The notes beneath the pieces were generated by a model. That model was not told the DNA's origin. It worked only from the letters and a program-made list of their open reading frames with translations, and ran no database searches. Made by a program: the position numbers and the translations under genes. A stretch of DNA of 62,811 nt, the filler included, from an uncultured bacterium (GTDB taxonomy: Bacteria > CAZDME01 > JAYEMH01): NCBI GenBank assembly GCA_964506785.1. It is 11 parts of 11 records of this genome, joined end to end, with 100 filler letters (N's around TTAATTAATTAA, not from the genome) between each part and the next. Parts side by side here need not be neighbours in the genome. Positions count along the whole stretch, not along the records: positions 47,969 to 52,959 come from CAZDME010000076.1; positions 53,060 to 57,964 come from CAZDME010000077.1; positions 58,065 to 62,811 come from CAZDME010000078.1; 8 more parts are not named here. One strand, 5' to 3'. Each line of letters starts with the position of its first letter. Position 1 is the stretch's first letter. Positions 49,988 through 59,405 of this stretch are shown in pieces.

Positions 49988-51385
49988 TTATATTTTTAGC
50001 TTTTGAATAAGAAGCGGCTGCTTCCCCGATTGAGTTTTTCGGATCGAATCAACAGCTTTGATTTCCACATCAAAATCATTGAAAAACTTTTCTTTTAATT
50101 TTTCCCTTATTTTTTTTAGGTCGCCTGGCGAAAAACTATTCTTTCTGATTATTTGAAGCTCCAGCTTCCCTTTTTCTCTCTGGATAAACTGAAACTGCTT
50201 GACATTATCCGATGCATTGGGAATATCTACGATAGTAACCGAAATTATACTGCCGCTTTTTGAAACGATAAAATTCCTCTTTCTGCCGCCAACTAAATCT
50301 AACAAAGGCAGCCCCCGACCACAGGGGCAACTTTCTTTAAAGTAGCCAATATCTTTAGTGTTATAACGGATAAAGGGCATTCCGTAATTATTAAGGCTGG
50401 TGGCCACGATTTCCCCGGATTTCCCATCACTGATAGGCTTTCCAGCTTCAACCAATTCTACAATTCCGTATTCTGAAAAAATATGGTGTCCGGTATGCTT
50501 TTCACATTCAGCCGCAATCACCACTCTTTCTTCCAAAGAATACACGTCAAATAATTCACAGCCAAAATATTCGCCGATTAATTTTCTCTGCCAGGGATAC
50601 AAAACCTCAGAATTAGTAAAAATTGCCCTGGGTTGAACCGGCCTTTTAATTCCTAATTCTTTAAAAAACCCAATTAATGCCTCAAGCGAAGCCGGAAATG
50701 CCTCGATAAATTTGGGTTGATATTTTTTTAACGCCTCGGCAAAAAAAGGCACATTTTTATAATTAATATCATAGCTTGAAAAAATTAACTGACTCCTGGC
50801 TGGATTATAATGAATGATTTGTTTTCTTCCATGTTTATCCCCTTTTACAATATAAGAGCCAAGAATAACCTTTAAATCGCGAAATCCCTGTCTCCCCCAG
50901 CGGTAATGCCGCCACATATAGGGTCCAAAGTTAAAAAACTCCAATCGTTTCTCCGAGAAAAAGATTAAAGGCTCGCCAGTAGTTCCGCTTGTTGAAAAAC
51001 GAAGGAGGCTCTTTTTATCAATATTGGTGGCTATCATCTCTTTGAAATGAGTCCTTACCATATCTTTTGTTAAAATTGGCAATTTTGCCAAATCCTCTAC
51101 CCTTTTTATATCATTCGGTAAAAGTCTGTTTTCCTTAAAAATCCGGTGATAATAGGGGCTTTTTTCATAAGCATGTTTAACTAAAAGGCGCAATCTTTCA
51201 TTCTGGAAGTTTTCCAATTCCTCTCTTGACCACCACTGACTCTTTTCCAGGAATTCCAATTGCCGGAAAAACTCTTTGCCCCAACGCACCTTTAAAGGAA
51301 GCCGGCTATACCCCCATTTAGCCATTGATTTCAAACGCTCGGGCATATAGTTTCTGCTTTTATTATATATTTCTTCCCAGAACAT
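49988..51385 (-). CDS. Phenylacetate-CoA ligase family (CapK-like) adenylate-forming enzyme
   Basis: ATG 51385; LPILTK, TSGTTGEP, YSLEE, MPFIRYNTKD, SGKQ. Confidence 0.85.
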   Translation of the reverse strand: MFWEEIYNKSRNYMPERLKSMAKWGYSRLPLKVRWGKEFFRQLEFLEKSQWWSREELENFQNERLRLLVKHAYEKSPYYHRIFKENRLLPNDIKRVEDLAKLPILTKDMVRTHFKEMIATNIDKKSLLRFSTSGTTGEPLIFFSEKRLEFFNFGPYMWRHYRWGRQGFRDLKVILGSYIVKGDKHGRKQIIHYNPARSQLIFSSYDINYKNVPFFAEALKKYQPKFIEAFPASLEALIGFFKELGIKRPVQPRAIFTNSEVLYPWQRKLIGEYFGCELFDVYSLEERVVIAAECEKHTGHHIFSEYGIVELVEAGKPISDGKSGEIVATSLNNYGMPFIRYNTKDIGYFKESCPCGRGLPLLDLVGGRKRNFIVSKSGSIISVTIVDIPNASDNVKQFQFIQREKGKLELQIIRKNSFSPGDLKKIREKLKEKFFNDFDVEIKAVDSIRKTQSGKQPLLIQKLKI

Positions 51386-52793
51386 ATTTTTCTTCCCTGT
51401 TATTGCCGGTCGGTTTAATTTTGGAATCGACATAGTTGAATTTACCCGAAGACAAGCGTTCAATTTTATCAACAAACTCTACATGAACCTTTACCTTCCC
51501 TCCCAGAACCCTTGAATAAAGGGCAAGAAGAGATCGAGTGTCCTCTTCCGAAAAAGAATTTTCTTTAACAACCTTTAAAGAAATCTCGTTTATTTTATCC
51601 TGAAAAATCTGAATTTGTTTGATTCGTCTGGAAAGATTTTTATCAAAAAAAACATAATCTGGCGAAGTAATCAAATATCCCTGGGAGGTGGCAAAAAGAG
51701 ATTTTCCCCGACCGCCATATATCTCGATAACGGAAAAAGAACTGCCGCAAGGGCACCTCTCTTCTTTATAACAGCCGAAATCTCCGGTGGCATAACGAAT
51801 AAAGGGCATAGAACGATTATGGAAGCCTGTAACGACAAATTCCCCTATCTCCCCCGGCTTGCAGGGCTTCCCATTTTTAATTACTTCTAGGAGACCTGAA
51901 TCAAAAGAAACATGCATCCGCCCTTCGGAACACTCATTGGCAAATATCGTTCTTTCTTCCATCCCGTAGCTATTAGAAATCTTTCTCTTAAATACACTTT
52001 CTATTTTCTCCCGCTGGGCTGGATAAAGCATCTCTGCCTGCGTAAGAAGAACCCTCATTGGTAAATTTATTTTTTCTTTATCAAGAAATTTTGCAAATTG
52101 GAATAATAAAGAGGGATAAGCAAGTAACACATCAACCTTATAATTTTTAATTAACCGGACCATTTCGTGCAAATATTCATCCTCAAAAAAATGCGTATTT
52201 AGCTCAAGCATTTTATTTATAAAGTCGCAAAAATAACGGTCCTCTTTATTGATTTTGCCCTGGCGGTATCCTATCGGCATACACATTAAGGCATGCCGGT
52301 CGTTCAGATTATATCCAGCCCAATTATGCCACCTCCAGAATAAAACATCATAAAAAGAGAGTAAGCGACTATCAATATAAAACTGGAAAGGCATCCCGGT
52401 TGAACCACTTGTGGTAACGACTTTAGGTCTAAATTTTTCTCTATTATCCGCCATGAATTGTTCGGTCTTTCTGCGCATAAAAGATTTTTGAATTATGGGT
52501 AATTTCGAAATATCTTCTAATGCCTTAAAATCTTCTCGGCTGAGATGGTTCTCTCGGAAAAAATCTCGATAAAAGGGAACCTGTCTGCTTGCATGCTTTA
52601 ACAAAGCCCGCATTTTTCTAAGCTGGTACCGTTCCATCTCAAAAGAAGATAAAAATTCGTGCCTTTTGCAAAGAAATCGGTAAATAAAAAAGCTTGGGCC
52701 GTATTTACCAAGTTTATAAAGATGATGTGAAATTGGTAGCTTTACAATAATCTTTTTTAAAAATCGCTTAATTTCAGCTTGGTTAGTTTTCAT
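51363..52793 (-). CDS. Phenylacetate-CoA ligase family (CapK-like) adenylate-forming enzyme
   Basis: TSGSTGMP, YGMEE, MPFIRYATGD, GR, SGKF. Confidence 0.87.
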   Translation of the reverse strand: MKTNQAEIKRFLKKIIVKLPISHHLYKLGKYGPSFFIYRFLCKRHEFLSSFEMERYQLRKMRALLKHASRQVPFYRDFFRENHLSREDFKALEDISKLPIIQKSFMRRKTEQFMADNREKFRPKVVTTSGSTGMPFQFYIDSRLLSFYDVLFWRWHNWAGYNLNDRHALMCMPIGYRQGKINKEDRYFCDFINKMLELNTHFFEDEYLHEMVRLIKNYKVDVLLAYPSLLFQFAKFLDKEKINLPMRVLLTQAEMLYPAQREKIESVFKRKISNSYGMEERTIFANECSEGRMHVSFDSGLLEVIKNGKPCKPGEIGEFVVTGFHNRSMPFIRYATGDFGCYKEERCPCGSSFSVIEIYGGRGKSLFATSQGYLITSPDYVFFDKNLSRRIKQIQIFQDKINEISLKVVKENSFSEEDTRSLLALYSRVLGGKVKVHVEFVDKIERLSSGKFNYVDSKIKPTGNNREEKYVLGRNI

Positions 52794-52959
52794 AATTACT
52801 TAAATAAACTTTGTGTTGAATATAGCTCCACTCTGTCACTAAATTCAGCGGGGATAATTCTGTCATCCTTGCTTAATTTTTCCCCGAAACGATAAACGGT
52901 TAATTTAGATAAACCCCTTAGATCACAATTTCTATAAATTTTTTGAAAATTCTCCTTTG

Positions 52960-53059
52960 NNNNNNNNNNNNNNNNNNNNNNNNNNNNNNNNNNNNNNNNN
53001 NNNTTAATTAATTAANNNNNNNNNNNNNNNNNNNNNNNNNNNNNNNNNNNNNNNNNNNN
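52960..53059. other. Artificial contig linker
   Basis: N-run, TTAATTAATTAA, N-run. Confidence 0.98.
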
Positions 53060-53121
53060 GGCAATTATACGGGGTATTTCAATCGTCATTTACCCTTTTA
53101 CCAATACGAAAGGAGGAGAAA

Positions 53122-53346
53122 ATGGCAGAGAATGAAACTAAACACGATAAATTCAAGAGGCTGGCGACCAAAAGAGTCAATGATACAATCAAGAAGCTAA
53201 AGAATATCGGTAATTTATCGGCCCCAAGCTATGAATACAGCGAAGAAGAGATAAATAAGATATTCTCAAGCCTCCAAGAGGCTTTAGATAACGCCAGAAA
53301 CAAATTTTTTTCCAAGAAGATTAAGAAAGACAGTTTTGAATTTTAA
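53122..53346 (+). CDS. Small hypothetical protein
   Basis: Strong AGGAGG RBS; FKRLATKRVN...IGNLS..YEYSEEE..KIF pattern. Confidence 0.7.
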   Translation: MAENETKHDKFKRLATKRVNDTIKKLKNIGNLSAPSYEYSEEEINKIFSSLQEALDNARNKFFSKKIKKDSFEF

Positions 53347-53408
53347 AATTTCGTCTATTGAAAGGAAATTATAAACGGCAAAGGTGATTTTACAAAGGAG
53401 GTGAAAGG

Positions 53409-53795
53409 ATGAAGATAATAGTTTCGACTTTCGTAGTTTTGTCTCTTTGTTTTTTTATCTGTGGTTTTGGCTGCCAGCATCTTCAGGCCAAATATCATCC
53501 CGGAGGGCCATATTACTATAAATGCTGGGCCGGTTCAAAAGTGCCCTTCCGGCCTGTCGATGAAATTACCCTGGTAGAGGCAAAATTGATTGAGACCAAT
53601 GGTTATCCTTATTACGAGGCCCATTTTAATCAGGACGGTTATATTGAGTCTTTTAAGAAATATAGCGATGGAAAAGTAGACTGGGTTGACAGCTATTACT
53701 ATAAAGGCGGAATTTTTGAGAAGAGGGAGCTCAAAAAATCGGACGGCTCTAAAATCGTCGAGAAGTACGATAAGGAAGGCAATTTAGTAGAATAA
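53409..53795 (+). CDS. Hypothetical lipoprotein
   Basis: Signal peptide with GFGC; beta-rich YF/YY/YD..G turns. Confidence 0.6.
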   Translation: MKIIVSTFVVLSLCFFICGFGCQHLQAKYHPGGPYYYKCWAGSKVPFRPVDEITLVEAKLIETNGYPYYEAHFNQDGYIESFKKYSDGKVDWVDSYYYKGGIFEKRELKKSDGSKIVEKYDKEGNLVE

Positions 53796-53797
53796 TA

Positions 53798-54505
53798 ATG
53801 GCAAAAAAAGAAATCAGGTTTATTTTACTGCTTGCCATTAGTTTATTAATTATTGGCTGCCGGCAGGATATTTCTGAAAAAAATCAGGATTTTATACCCC
53901 AAACAGGGGATTTGCTCTTTCAAGATCTTGATTGCGGCCCTCTTTGTCAAGCCATTGAAAAGGTTACCGGCGGATATAAAGGGGCAAATCTTTCCCATCT
54001 GGGTATTGTTGCTAAAAATGATAAGGGCAATTTTGTAGTTATTGAAGCCCTGCCAAAAGGGGTTGAGGTTGCGCCGTTAGAGACCTTTCTCAACCGTAGT
54101 TTAGATACGGATGAGCGGCCCAAGGTTATTGTGGGGCGTCTTAAAAAAAACTATCGTTATCTGATACCTTCAGCCATTAAAGAGGCCTTTATTTTGGAAG
54201 GCAAGCCTTATGATAAAGCATTTGCTATCGGTAATAACCGCTATTACTGTTCGGAACTTATTTATGAAATATTTTTACGGGCCAATGATGCTCAACCTTT
54301 ATTTAGATTAGAACCGATGACCTTCAAAGCCCCGGACAGCGGAGTTACTTTTCCGGTCTGGGAAGAATATTTTTTCGAATTAGGTGTTTCTATCCCGGAA
54401 GGCAAGCCCGGCATTAATCCCGGCAGCATTTCACGGTCGGCAGTTTTAACTGTTATTTGCCCGTATGGTAAGCCGGATGGATTGAAAAAAGAAGATATTG
54501 ACTAA
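53798..54505 (+). CDS. YiiX/YebB-like permuted NlpC/P60 cysteine hydrolase, lipoprotein
   Basis: IIGC lipobox; GDLLFQ, SHLGIV, IEA, GKPYD, YYCSELI. Confidence 0.85.
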   Translation: MAKKEIRFILLLAISLLIIGCRQDISEKNQDFIPQTGDLLFQDLDCGPLCQAIEKVTGGYKGANLSHLGIVAKNDKGNFVVIEALPKGVEVAPLETFLNRSLDTDERPKVIVGRLKKNYRYLIPSAIKEAFILEGKPYDKAFAIGNNRYYCSELIYEIFLRANDAQPLFRLEPMTFKAPDSGVTFPVWEEYFFELGVSIPEGKPGINPGSISRSAVLTVICPYGKPDGLKKEDID

Positions 54506-54517
54506 AAATGGGACGCG

Positions 54518-54985
54518 ATGGATTATTTAAAAATAAAAATATGCCCGGCTCAAAAGGATGATATGCCGGATATAAAAGAGAAGATTAAAAAGTATCTTTT
54601 GGATTCTACCAATATCGGGTATCAGCAGTTTTTTGTAGCTAAGGTTGATGGCCGGATAGTTGTCTTTGGCCGGATTATTGACCATGAAAAATTTTTTGAG
54701 ACGGCTTCTTTAGGGGTAAATTATTATTACCGGGGGAAAGGCTTGGGTACCAAGATGATTATATTTCTCGTTGAAGAGGCAAAGAGAATGAATCCCAAAA
54801 AGCCCATTTATGGGGTTACGCATCGGCCGAATTTTTTTAAAAAGGTTGGTTTCGAAATAGCCGGGGCCTATCCTGACTATTTCGATTATAAAAAAAATCG
54901 GATATGCAAATATCCCTCTAAAATTGAGATAATGAAATATAAAGAAAAGACCTGGGTTAGTAAAACAATGGATGAGCTGATTTGA
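54518..54985 (+). CDS. GNAT-family acetyltransferase
   Basis: SLGV..YRGKGLG, FFKKVGF. Confidence 0.85.
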   Translation: MDYLKIKICPAQKDDMPDIKEKIKKYLLDSTNIGYQQFFVAKVDGRIVVFGRIIDHEKFFETASLGVNYYYRGKGLGTKMIIFLVEEAKRMNPKKPIYGVTHRPNFFKKVGFEIAGAYPDYFDYKKNRICKYPSKIEIMKYKEKTWVSKTMDELI

Positions 54986-57582
54986 AAAAATATTTAAGGA
55001 TAATTCTGGTTTTAGTAGCTTTTTTATCATTCAGTAATCCTGCCTTTAGCCGGCCGGTATTATGGAATTCATTTAAATACGGCGCCTTTAATTTTTACCA
55101 GCAGTTCAAATATTCATATGAAGTAAAAAAAAATAAAATTATTTTAAAACTCGCCAAAAGGATATTTGGCGCGGAATATCCTGATGTGGCAATTTTTTTG
55201 AATAATTTGGCGGTTCTTTATCAGGAAAAGAATAGATATGAAGAAGCTGAAGCTTTTTTAAAAGAGGCAATAGAGATAACCGAAAAAGCTTTTGGGGCAG
55301 ATGCGCCTAATCTAACTACCTACCTGGATAATCTGGCCGTGCTTTATTATGCTCAAAAAGAATATGACCAGGCTGAATCTTTTTTAAAGAGGGCAATAGC
55401 GATTATAGAGAAAAATTTTGGGGCGGATGATATTAGATTAGCGGCAAGTTTGAACAATTTGGCAGAGTACTATCGCAACCAGGGTGACTATGCCCGGGCC
55501 GAAAATCTTTATAAACGGGCGCTTGAAATTAAAAAAGAAGAATTTGGAGCGGATGATCCCAGGCTGGCGGTTTCATTGAATAATCTGGCGGTACTTTACT
55601 TAAAGCAGGGGCAGTACGGTAAAGCAGAGCTTTTATGTAAGCAAACTGTAGAGAAATATAAAAGAGTCGGCGAATCAGATTATCGGCAGGTGGCGCAATT
55701 CCTGAACAACCTGGCAGTACTTTATCAAGATCGAGGCAGATATGACGAAGCTGAACTTCTTTATCAACAAGCCATAGAGAAATATACGCAGGCCTCTAAG
55801 CCTGATTATCGTAATTTAGAAAAATCTCTCTATAATCTGGCAGTACTTTATCGAAAACAGGAAAAATACGATAGGGCGGAATTATTTTTTAGGAAGTTAC
55901 TATTTATAAAGGAGAAGATTTTTGGGCCGAGTCATCTTGAAGTAATGCAACCCTTGAATCTTCTGGCGGAAATTTACCTTAGGCAAAAAAAATATGCTGA
56001 AGCCCAAGTTCTGCAAGAGAGGTTGGTTGAAATGACAAAAGAGATTTACGGTTTAGATCGGCCCGAAGTGGTACAATCTTTAAACGCTTTAGCTGATTCT
56101 CATTTACGCCAGGGCGAATATGCTGAAGCCACCTCTCTTTACCGGCAGGCCATAGCCATCTATGAAAAAGCCAATAGGCCAGAAGATCTTGAATTGGCGC
56201 AGCTGTTAAGTAACCTGGCGGCAATTTACTTAGAGCAGGGTAACTATGCTGAAGCTATCCCTCTTTACCGGCAGGCCATAGCCATCTATGAGAAAGCCAA
56301 TAAATCAGAAAATCTTGAATTGGCGCAGCTGTTAAGCAGCCTGGCGGCAATTTACTTAAAGCAGGGTAACTATACTGAAGCCATCTCTTTTTGCGAGCAG
56401 GGCATAGCCATATATGAGAAAGCCAATAAATCAGAAGATTCTCAACTGGTACGGTTGTTAAATACCCTAGTAGACATTTACTTTGAGCAGGGTAACTATG
56501 CTGAAGCCATCCCTCTTTGCCGGCAAGGCATAGCTATCTATGAAAAGGCCGATAGGCCAGAAGATCTTGAATTGGCGCCGCTGTTAAGCAGCCTGGTAGA
56601 AATTCATTTCAAGCAGGGTAAAATTGCTGAGGCTGAGGTTGTGTTAAAACGCTTAATATCAGTAATGGGGGAAAGATATGGGAATGACTATTTCGCAATG
56701 GCCGGGGTTCTTAATCGCCTGGCGTATCTTTACTTCTCCCAGGATAAATATGCTGAAGCCGTCTCTCTTTGCCAGCAGGTCATAGCCATATATAAAAAAG
56801 CCAATAAACCAGAAGATCGTGAACTATTCCGGGCTCTAAACTTGATGGTACAGATTTATTTAATCCAGGGTAAATATGATGAAGCCCTTCTTTTTTGCCA
56901 GCAGGCTTTGGACATGCATGAAATAGCCGCCAGTCCAAAATATTTCCCAGAGGTGCAATTTCTAAAGCTAACTATAATTTCTTTAAAACAGGGAGGAAAT
57001 GAAGAAATTGAAGCGGCTATTAATCGGTTAACGGCTCTAGCAGGGAAAAATGATGGGCAAGGCTATTCTGGAATGATAGAACCTTTAACCAAGCTGGGGC
57101 AGCTTTACTTCCGTCAGGGCAAATATGATAAAGCAGAAATTTTTTGGAAAAAAGCACTATCAATAGCCAAAGATATCCCTGGATCAAATCATTTTATGGT
57201 AGAGCGATGTTCAATGGATCTAATTGAAATTTACCTTGCGCAAGGCAAAAAATCTGAAGCGGAATTTCTTCAAAAAAAACTATATAAACAAGTATTAGAA
57301 ACAATGGATAATCCTTACAAAATAAGCAATCATGGGCAACGACTAGAATTTTCGAAACTTATAGTTTCTTTGGTAAATTTTTACGCAGAACGGGGTGAAT
57401 ATGAAGAATCCTCCTTATTGGCTAAAAAGGCATTGGCACTAATGGAAAAAAAACTTGGATTAAACTATAATCAGCTAATTCAAGAGTTGGAAAATATTGT
57501 AGTGTTTTATGAGAAAGACGGGAATAAAAGTGAAGCGGAAAAAGTAAAAGAACGAATAAAAATAATCCGTTCAAACAACTGA
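54982..57582 (+). CDS. Secreted tetratricopeptide-repeat protein (42-aa kinesin-light-chain-type TPRs)
   Basis: Signal peptide; many LNNLAxLY..QG.Y..AE repeats at 42-aa period. Confidence 0.9.
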   Translation: MKKYLRIILVLVAFLSFSNPAFSRPVLWNSFKYGAFNFYQQFKYSYEVKKNKIILKLAKRIFGAEYPDVAIFLNNLAVLYQEKNRYEEAEAFLKEAIEITEKAFGADAPNLTTYLDNLAVLYYAQKEYDQAESFLKRAIAIIEKNFGADDIRLAASLNNLAEYYRNQGDYARAENLYKRALEIKKEEFGADDPRLAVSLNNLAVLYLKQGQYGKAELLCKQTVEKYKRVGESDYRQVAQFLNNLAVLYQDRGRYDEAELLYQQAIEKYTQASKPDYRNLEKSLYNLAVLYRKQEKYDRAELFFRKLLFIKEKIFGPSHLEVMQPLNLLAEIYLRQKKYAEAQVLQERLVEMTKEIYGLDRPEVVQSLNALADSHLRQGEYAEATSLYRQAIAIYEKANRPEDLELAQLLSNLAAIYLEQGNYAEAIPLYRQAIAIYEKANKSENLELAQLLSSLAAIYLKQGNYTEAISFCEQGIAIYEKANKSEDSQLVRLLNTLVDIYFEQGNYAEAIPLCRQGIAIYEKADRPEDLELAPLLSSLVEIHFKQGKIAEAEVVLKRLISVMGERYGNDYFAMAGVLNRLAYLYFSQDKYAEAVSLCQQVIAIYKKANKPEDRELFRALNLMVQIYLIQGKYDEALLFCQQALDMHEIAASPKYFPEVQFLKLTIISLKQGGNEEIEAAINRLTALAGKNDGQGYSGMIEPLTKLGQLYFRQGKYDKAEIFWKKALSIAKDIPGSNHFMVERCSMDLIEIYLAQGKKSEAEFLQKKLYKQVLETMDNPYKISNHGQRLEFSKLIVSLVNFYAERGEYEESSLLAKKALALMEKKLGLNYNQLIQELENIVVFYEKDGNKSEAEKVKERIKIIRSNN
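56110..56613 (+). repeat. 126-bp tandem DNA repeat (4 close copies, further diverged copies at 56740 and 56866)
   Basis: Units start CAGGG at 56110, 56236, 56362, 56488 with long identical stretches. Confidence 0.85.
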
Positions 57583-57618
57583 ATATTGAAAGGTTAAATA
57601 GATTAGGTTAAAACGGGA

Positions 57619-57761
57619 GTGGAAACGGCCGCGTCAATTATTTTAATAATTTTCAGCCTGATAGGGTTTGCCGCTATTTTTTTACTGGGTTCGGCGCTTT
57701 AATTATTTTTATCGGGTCCGGGATTATATTCATCCTGACAATTTCCCGAATAATTGAATAA
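57619..57761 (+). pseudogene. Possible frameshifted remnant of a small membrane-protein gene
   Basis: GGGA RBS and GTG; hydrophobic VETAASIILIIFSLIGFAAIF, continuing hydrophobic in another frame after a T-run. Confidence 0.3.
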
Positions 57762-57876
57762 AGCCGCAGACAAAGTTACTTTTTCAGGTGGTTTTATTTA
57801 TTTTTCTATAATTTATTCTTGAAAATTATAGAAAACTTGTGTTATGATATCGCGTCTTTATTCAAAAGGAGAAGAT

Positions 57877-57964
57877 ATGGAAAAATTAAAATTAGACACG
57901 GTAAGAGTTGAAGTGAAAAGATTAATCGAGCCTTATTTAGGAAAGTTATTAAATATCCATAAAG
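57877..57964 (+). CDS. N-terminus of a hypothetical protein (3' truncated)
   Basis: AGGAG RBS, ATG, open to contig end (MEKLKLDTVRVEVKRLIEPYLGKLLNIHK). Confidence 0.5.
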
Positions 57965-58064
57965 NNNNNNNNNNNNNNNNNNNNNNNNNNNNNNNNNNNN
58001 NNNNNNNNTTAATTAATTAANNNNNNNNNNNNNNNNNNNNNNNNNNNNNNNNNNNNNNNNNNNN
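57965..58064. other. Artificial contig linker
   Basis: N-run, TTAATTAATTAA, N-run. Confidence 0.98.
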
Positions 58065-58335
58065 AGTATTTTCCGTCCATAGAATTATTCCTTTATTTTT
58101 TAATGGATTCAACTGGTATAAAGGAAGCGGCAGTTTCTTAATTGCCGAACCAGAAAAGGCATTAGTTGATAGTTTATACCTCTCTGCCTGCCGGAAAAAA
58201 CAATTTGGTTATTTCCCAGAATTACATTTCCCAAGAGAATTTAGTTTCAAAAAAGTAAGAAGCTGGGCAAAGAAGATTCCTAATCCGAGAATCAGCTCAA
58301 ATGTCCAGAAAAAGATATTGGCATTTAAAAAATAA
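58065..58335 (+). CDS. C-terminal part of an AbiEi-like (type IV TA antitoxin) protein
   Basis: Manual translation ...LFFNGFNW...FLIAEPEKALVDSLYL...; TAA 58333-58335. Confidence 0.6.
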
Positions 58336-58341
58336 GAAAGA

Positions 58342-58370
58342 TTGATTTTCTTTATCTCTTATGATATAAT
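58342..58370 (+). promoter_or_regulatory. Sigma70-type promoter of the wza-wzc operon
   Basis: TTGATT-17 nt-TATAAT with extended -10 TG. Confidence 0.6.
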
Positions 58371-58422
58371 AAAATCCGGCTACAATTTACCAAAGAGGGA
58401 AACGAAAGAATCAACTTAGGGG

Positions 58423-59391
58423 TTGGATATCGGATATATGAAGAGACAAGCCGCATACTTTATATCCTCTATGGCCGTGGCAGTATTTTTTGCCGTTTCA
58501 GCCCAGGCCAGTTATGAAATGGTGAAGGAATTTGAAGAAAAAGAAACCCGCCTGAAGATAGAAGAGCTATCCCCGCAGCCGGAAGAAAATTTTTTTGAGG
58601 CGCCGGTTAAAGAAGAGCCGGCTGAAAAAGAATGGCTGATTGAAAGAGAATGGCCGGAGGAGGAAGGTATAATTCCCGAAAAAGAATTTTCCCCAGAAGA
58701 AGAGGCTTTCCCGCCTACAGAAATACCGATTATTGAAGAAGGAATCCTGGAGCCGCTAAAAGAAATATCCCCTGAAAAAAGCGAGAAACACGCTGAAATC
58801 CAAAGGATAAAGAATAACAGCTATTACTTGGGGGCGGATGATGTCATTAAGGTATCGGTCCTGCGCCATCCGGAATTTTCCGGGGAATTTGTCGTTGAGC
58901 CTAACGGATATATCTCGGTACCCTATTTAGACCCGGTAAAGGCCGAAGGGTTGACTAAATATCAGCTCAGAGACAGGCTGACGGCGGTTTTATCCGATTT
59001 TATCGAAAAACCCACCGTTGATGTGCGAATAACCGAATACAAAAGCCAGTTTATTTATGTCGTGGGCGCCGTTAACCGCCCGGGTAAATATTCAACCCAG
59101 GGGAAAAAGATGACCGTAAGAGATGCGATTACCGCCGCCGGAATGCCGAGCCGCGGGGCTTCCCTGCGTTATGCTTATGTTTTCAGCCCGGATCCGGATG
59201 TGCCGAAAAAAACGGTTAAACTATACGATTTGATGTACCGGGGGAAAATGGAAGATAATATCGAATTGAAACCAGGCGAAATTATTTATATCCGTGCAAC
59301 AGTCATTTCGAAATTAGGCGGTTTTCTCGAGCAACTCCTCAATCCTGTCGAAAGAGCCACTGCCATCAAATACATACAAGAGGCATATTGA
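58423..59391 (+). CDS. Polysaccharide export protein (Wza/OPX family; likely start ATG 58438)
   Basis: Signal peptide, Glu/Pro-rich linker, YYLGADDVIKVSV...G.ISVPYL, VVGAVNRPG (SLBB). Confidence 0.87.
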   Translation: MDIGYMKRQAAYFISSMAVAVFFAVSAQASYEMVKEFEEKETRLKIEELSPQPEENFFEAPVKEEPAEKEWLIEREWPEEEGIIPEKEFSPEEEAFPPTEIPIIEEGILEPLKEISPEKSEKHAEIQRIKNNSYYLGADDVIKVSVLRHPEFSGEFVVEPNGYISVPYLDPVKAEGLTKYQLRDRLTAVLSDFIEKPTVDVRITEYKSQFIYVVGAVNRPGKYSTQGKKMTVRDAITAAGMPSRGASLRYAYVFSPDPDVPKKTVKLYDLMYRGKMEDNIELKPGEIIYIRATVISKLGGFLEQLLNPVERATAIKYIQEAY

Positions 59392-59405
59392 AGAGGTAGC
59401 CGGCT

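Noticed and set aside
56110-56910. DGR template/variable repeat pair, prompted by the Avd-like fold elsewhere
   Set aside because: Differences between units are not adenine-specific, the units are in-frame TPRs, and no reverse transcriptase is present.
53122-57582. Integron cassette array
   Set aside because: Intergenic gaps are mostly too short or overlapping, and no attC-like inverted structure or integrase was seen.
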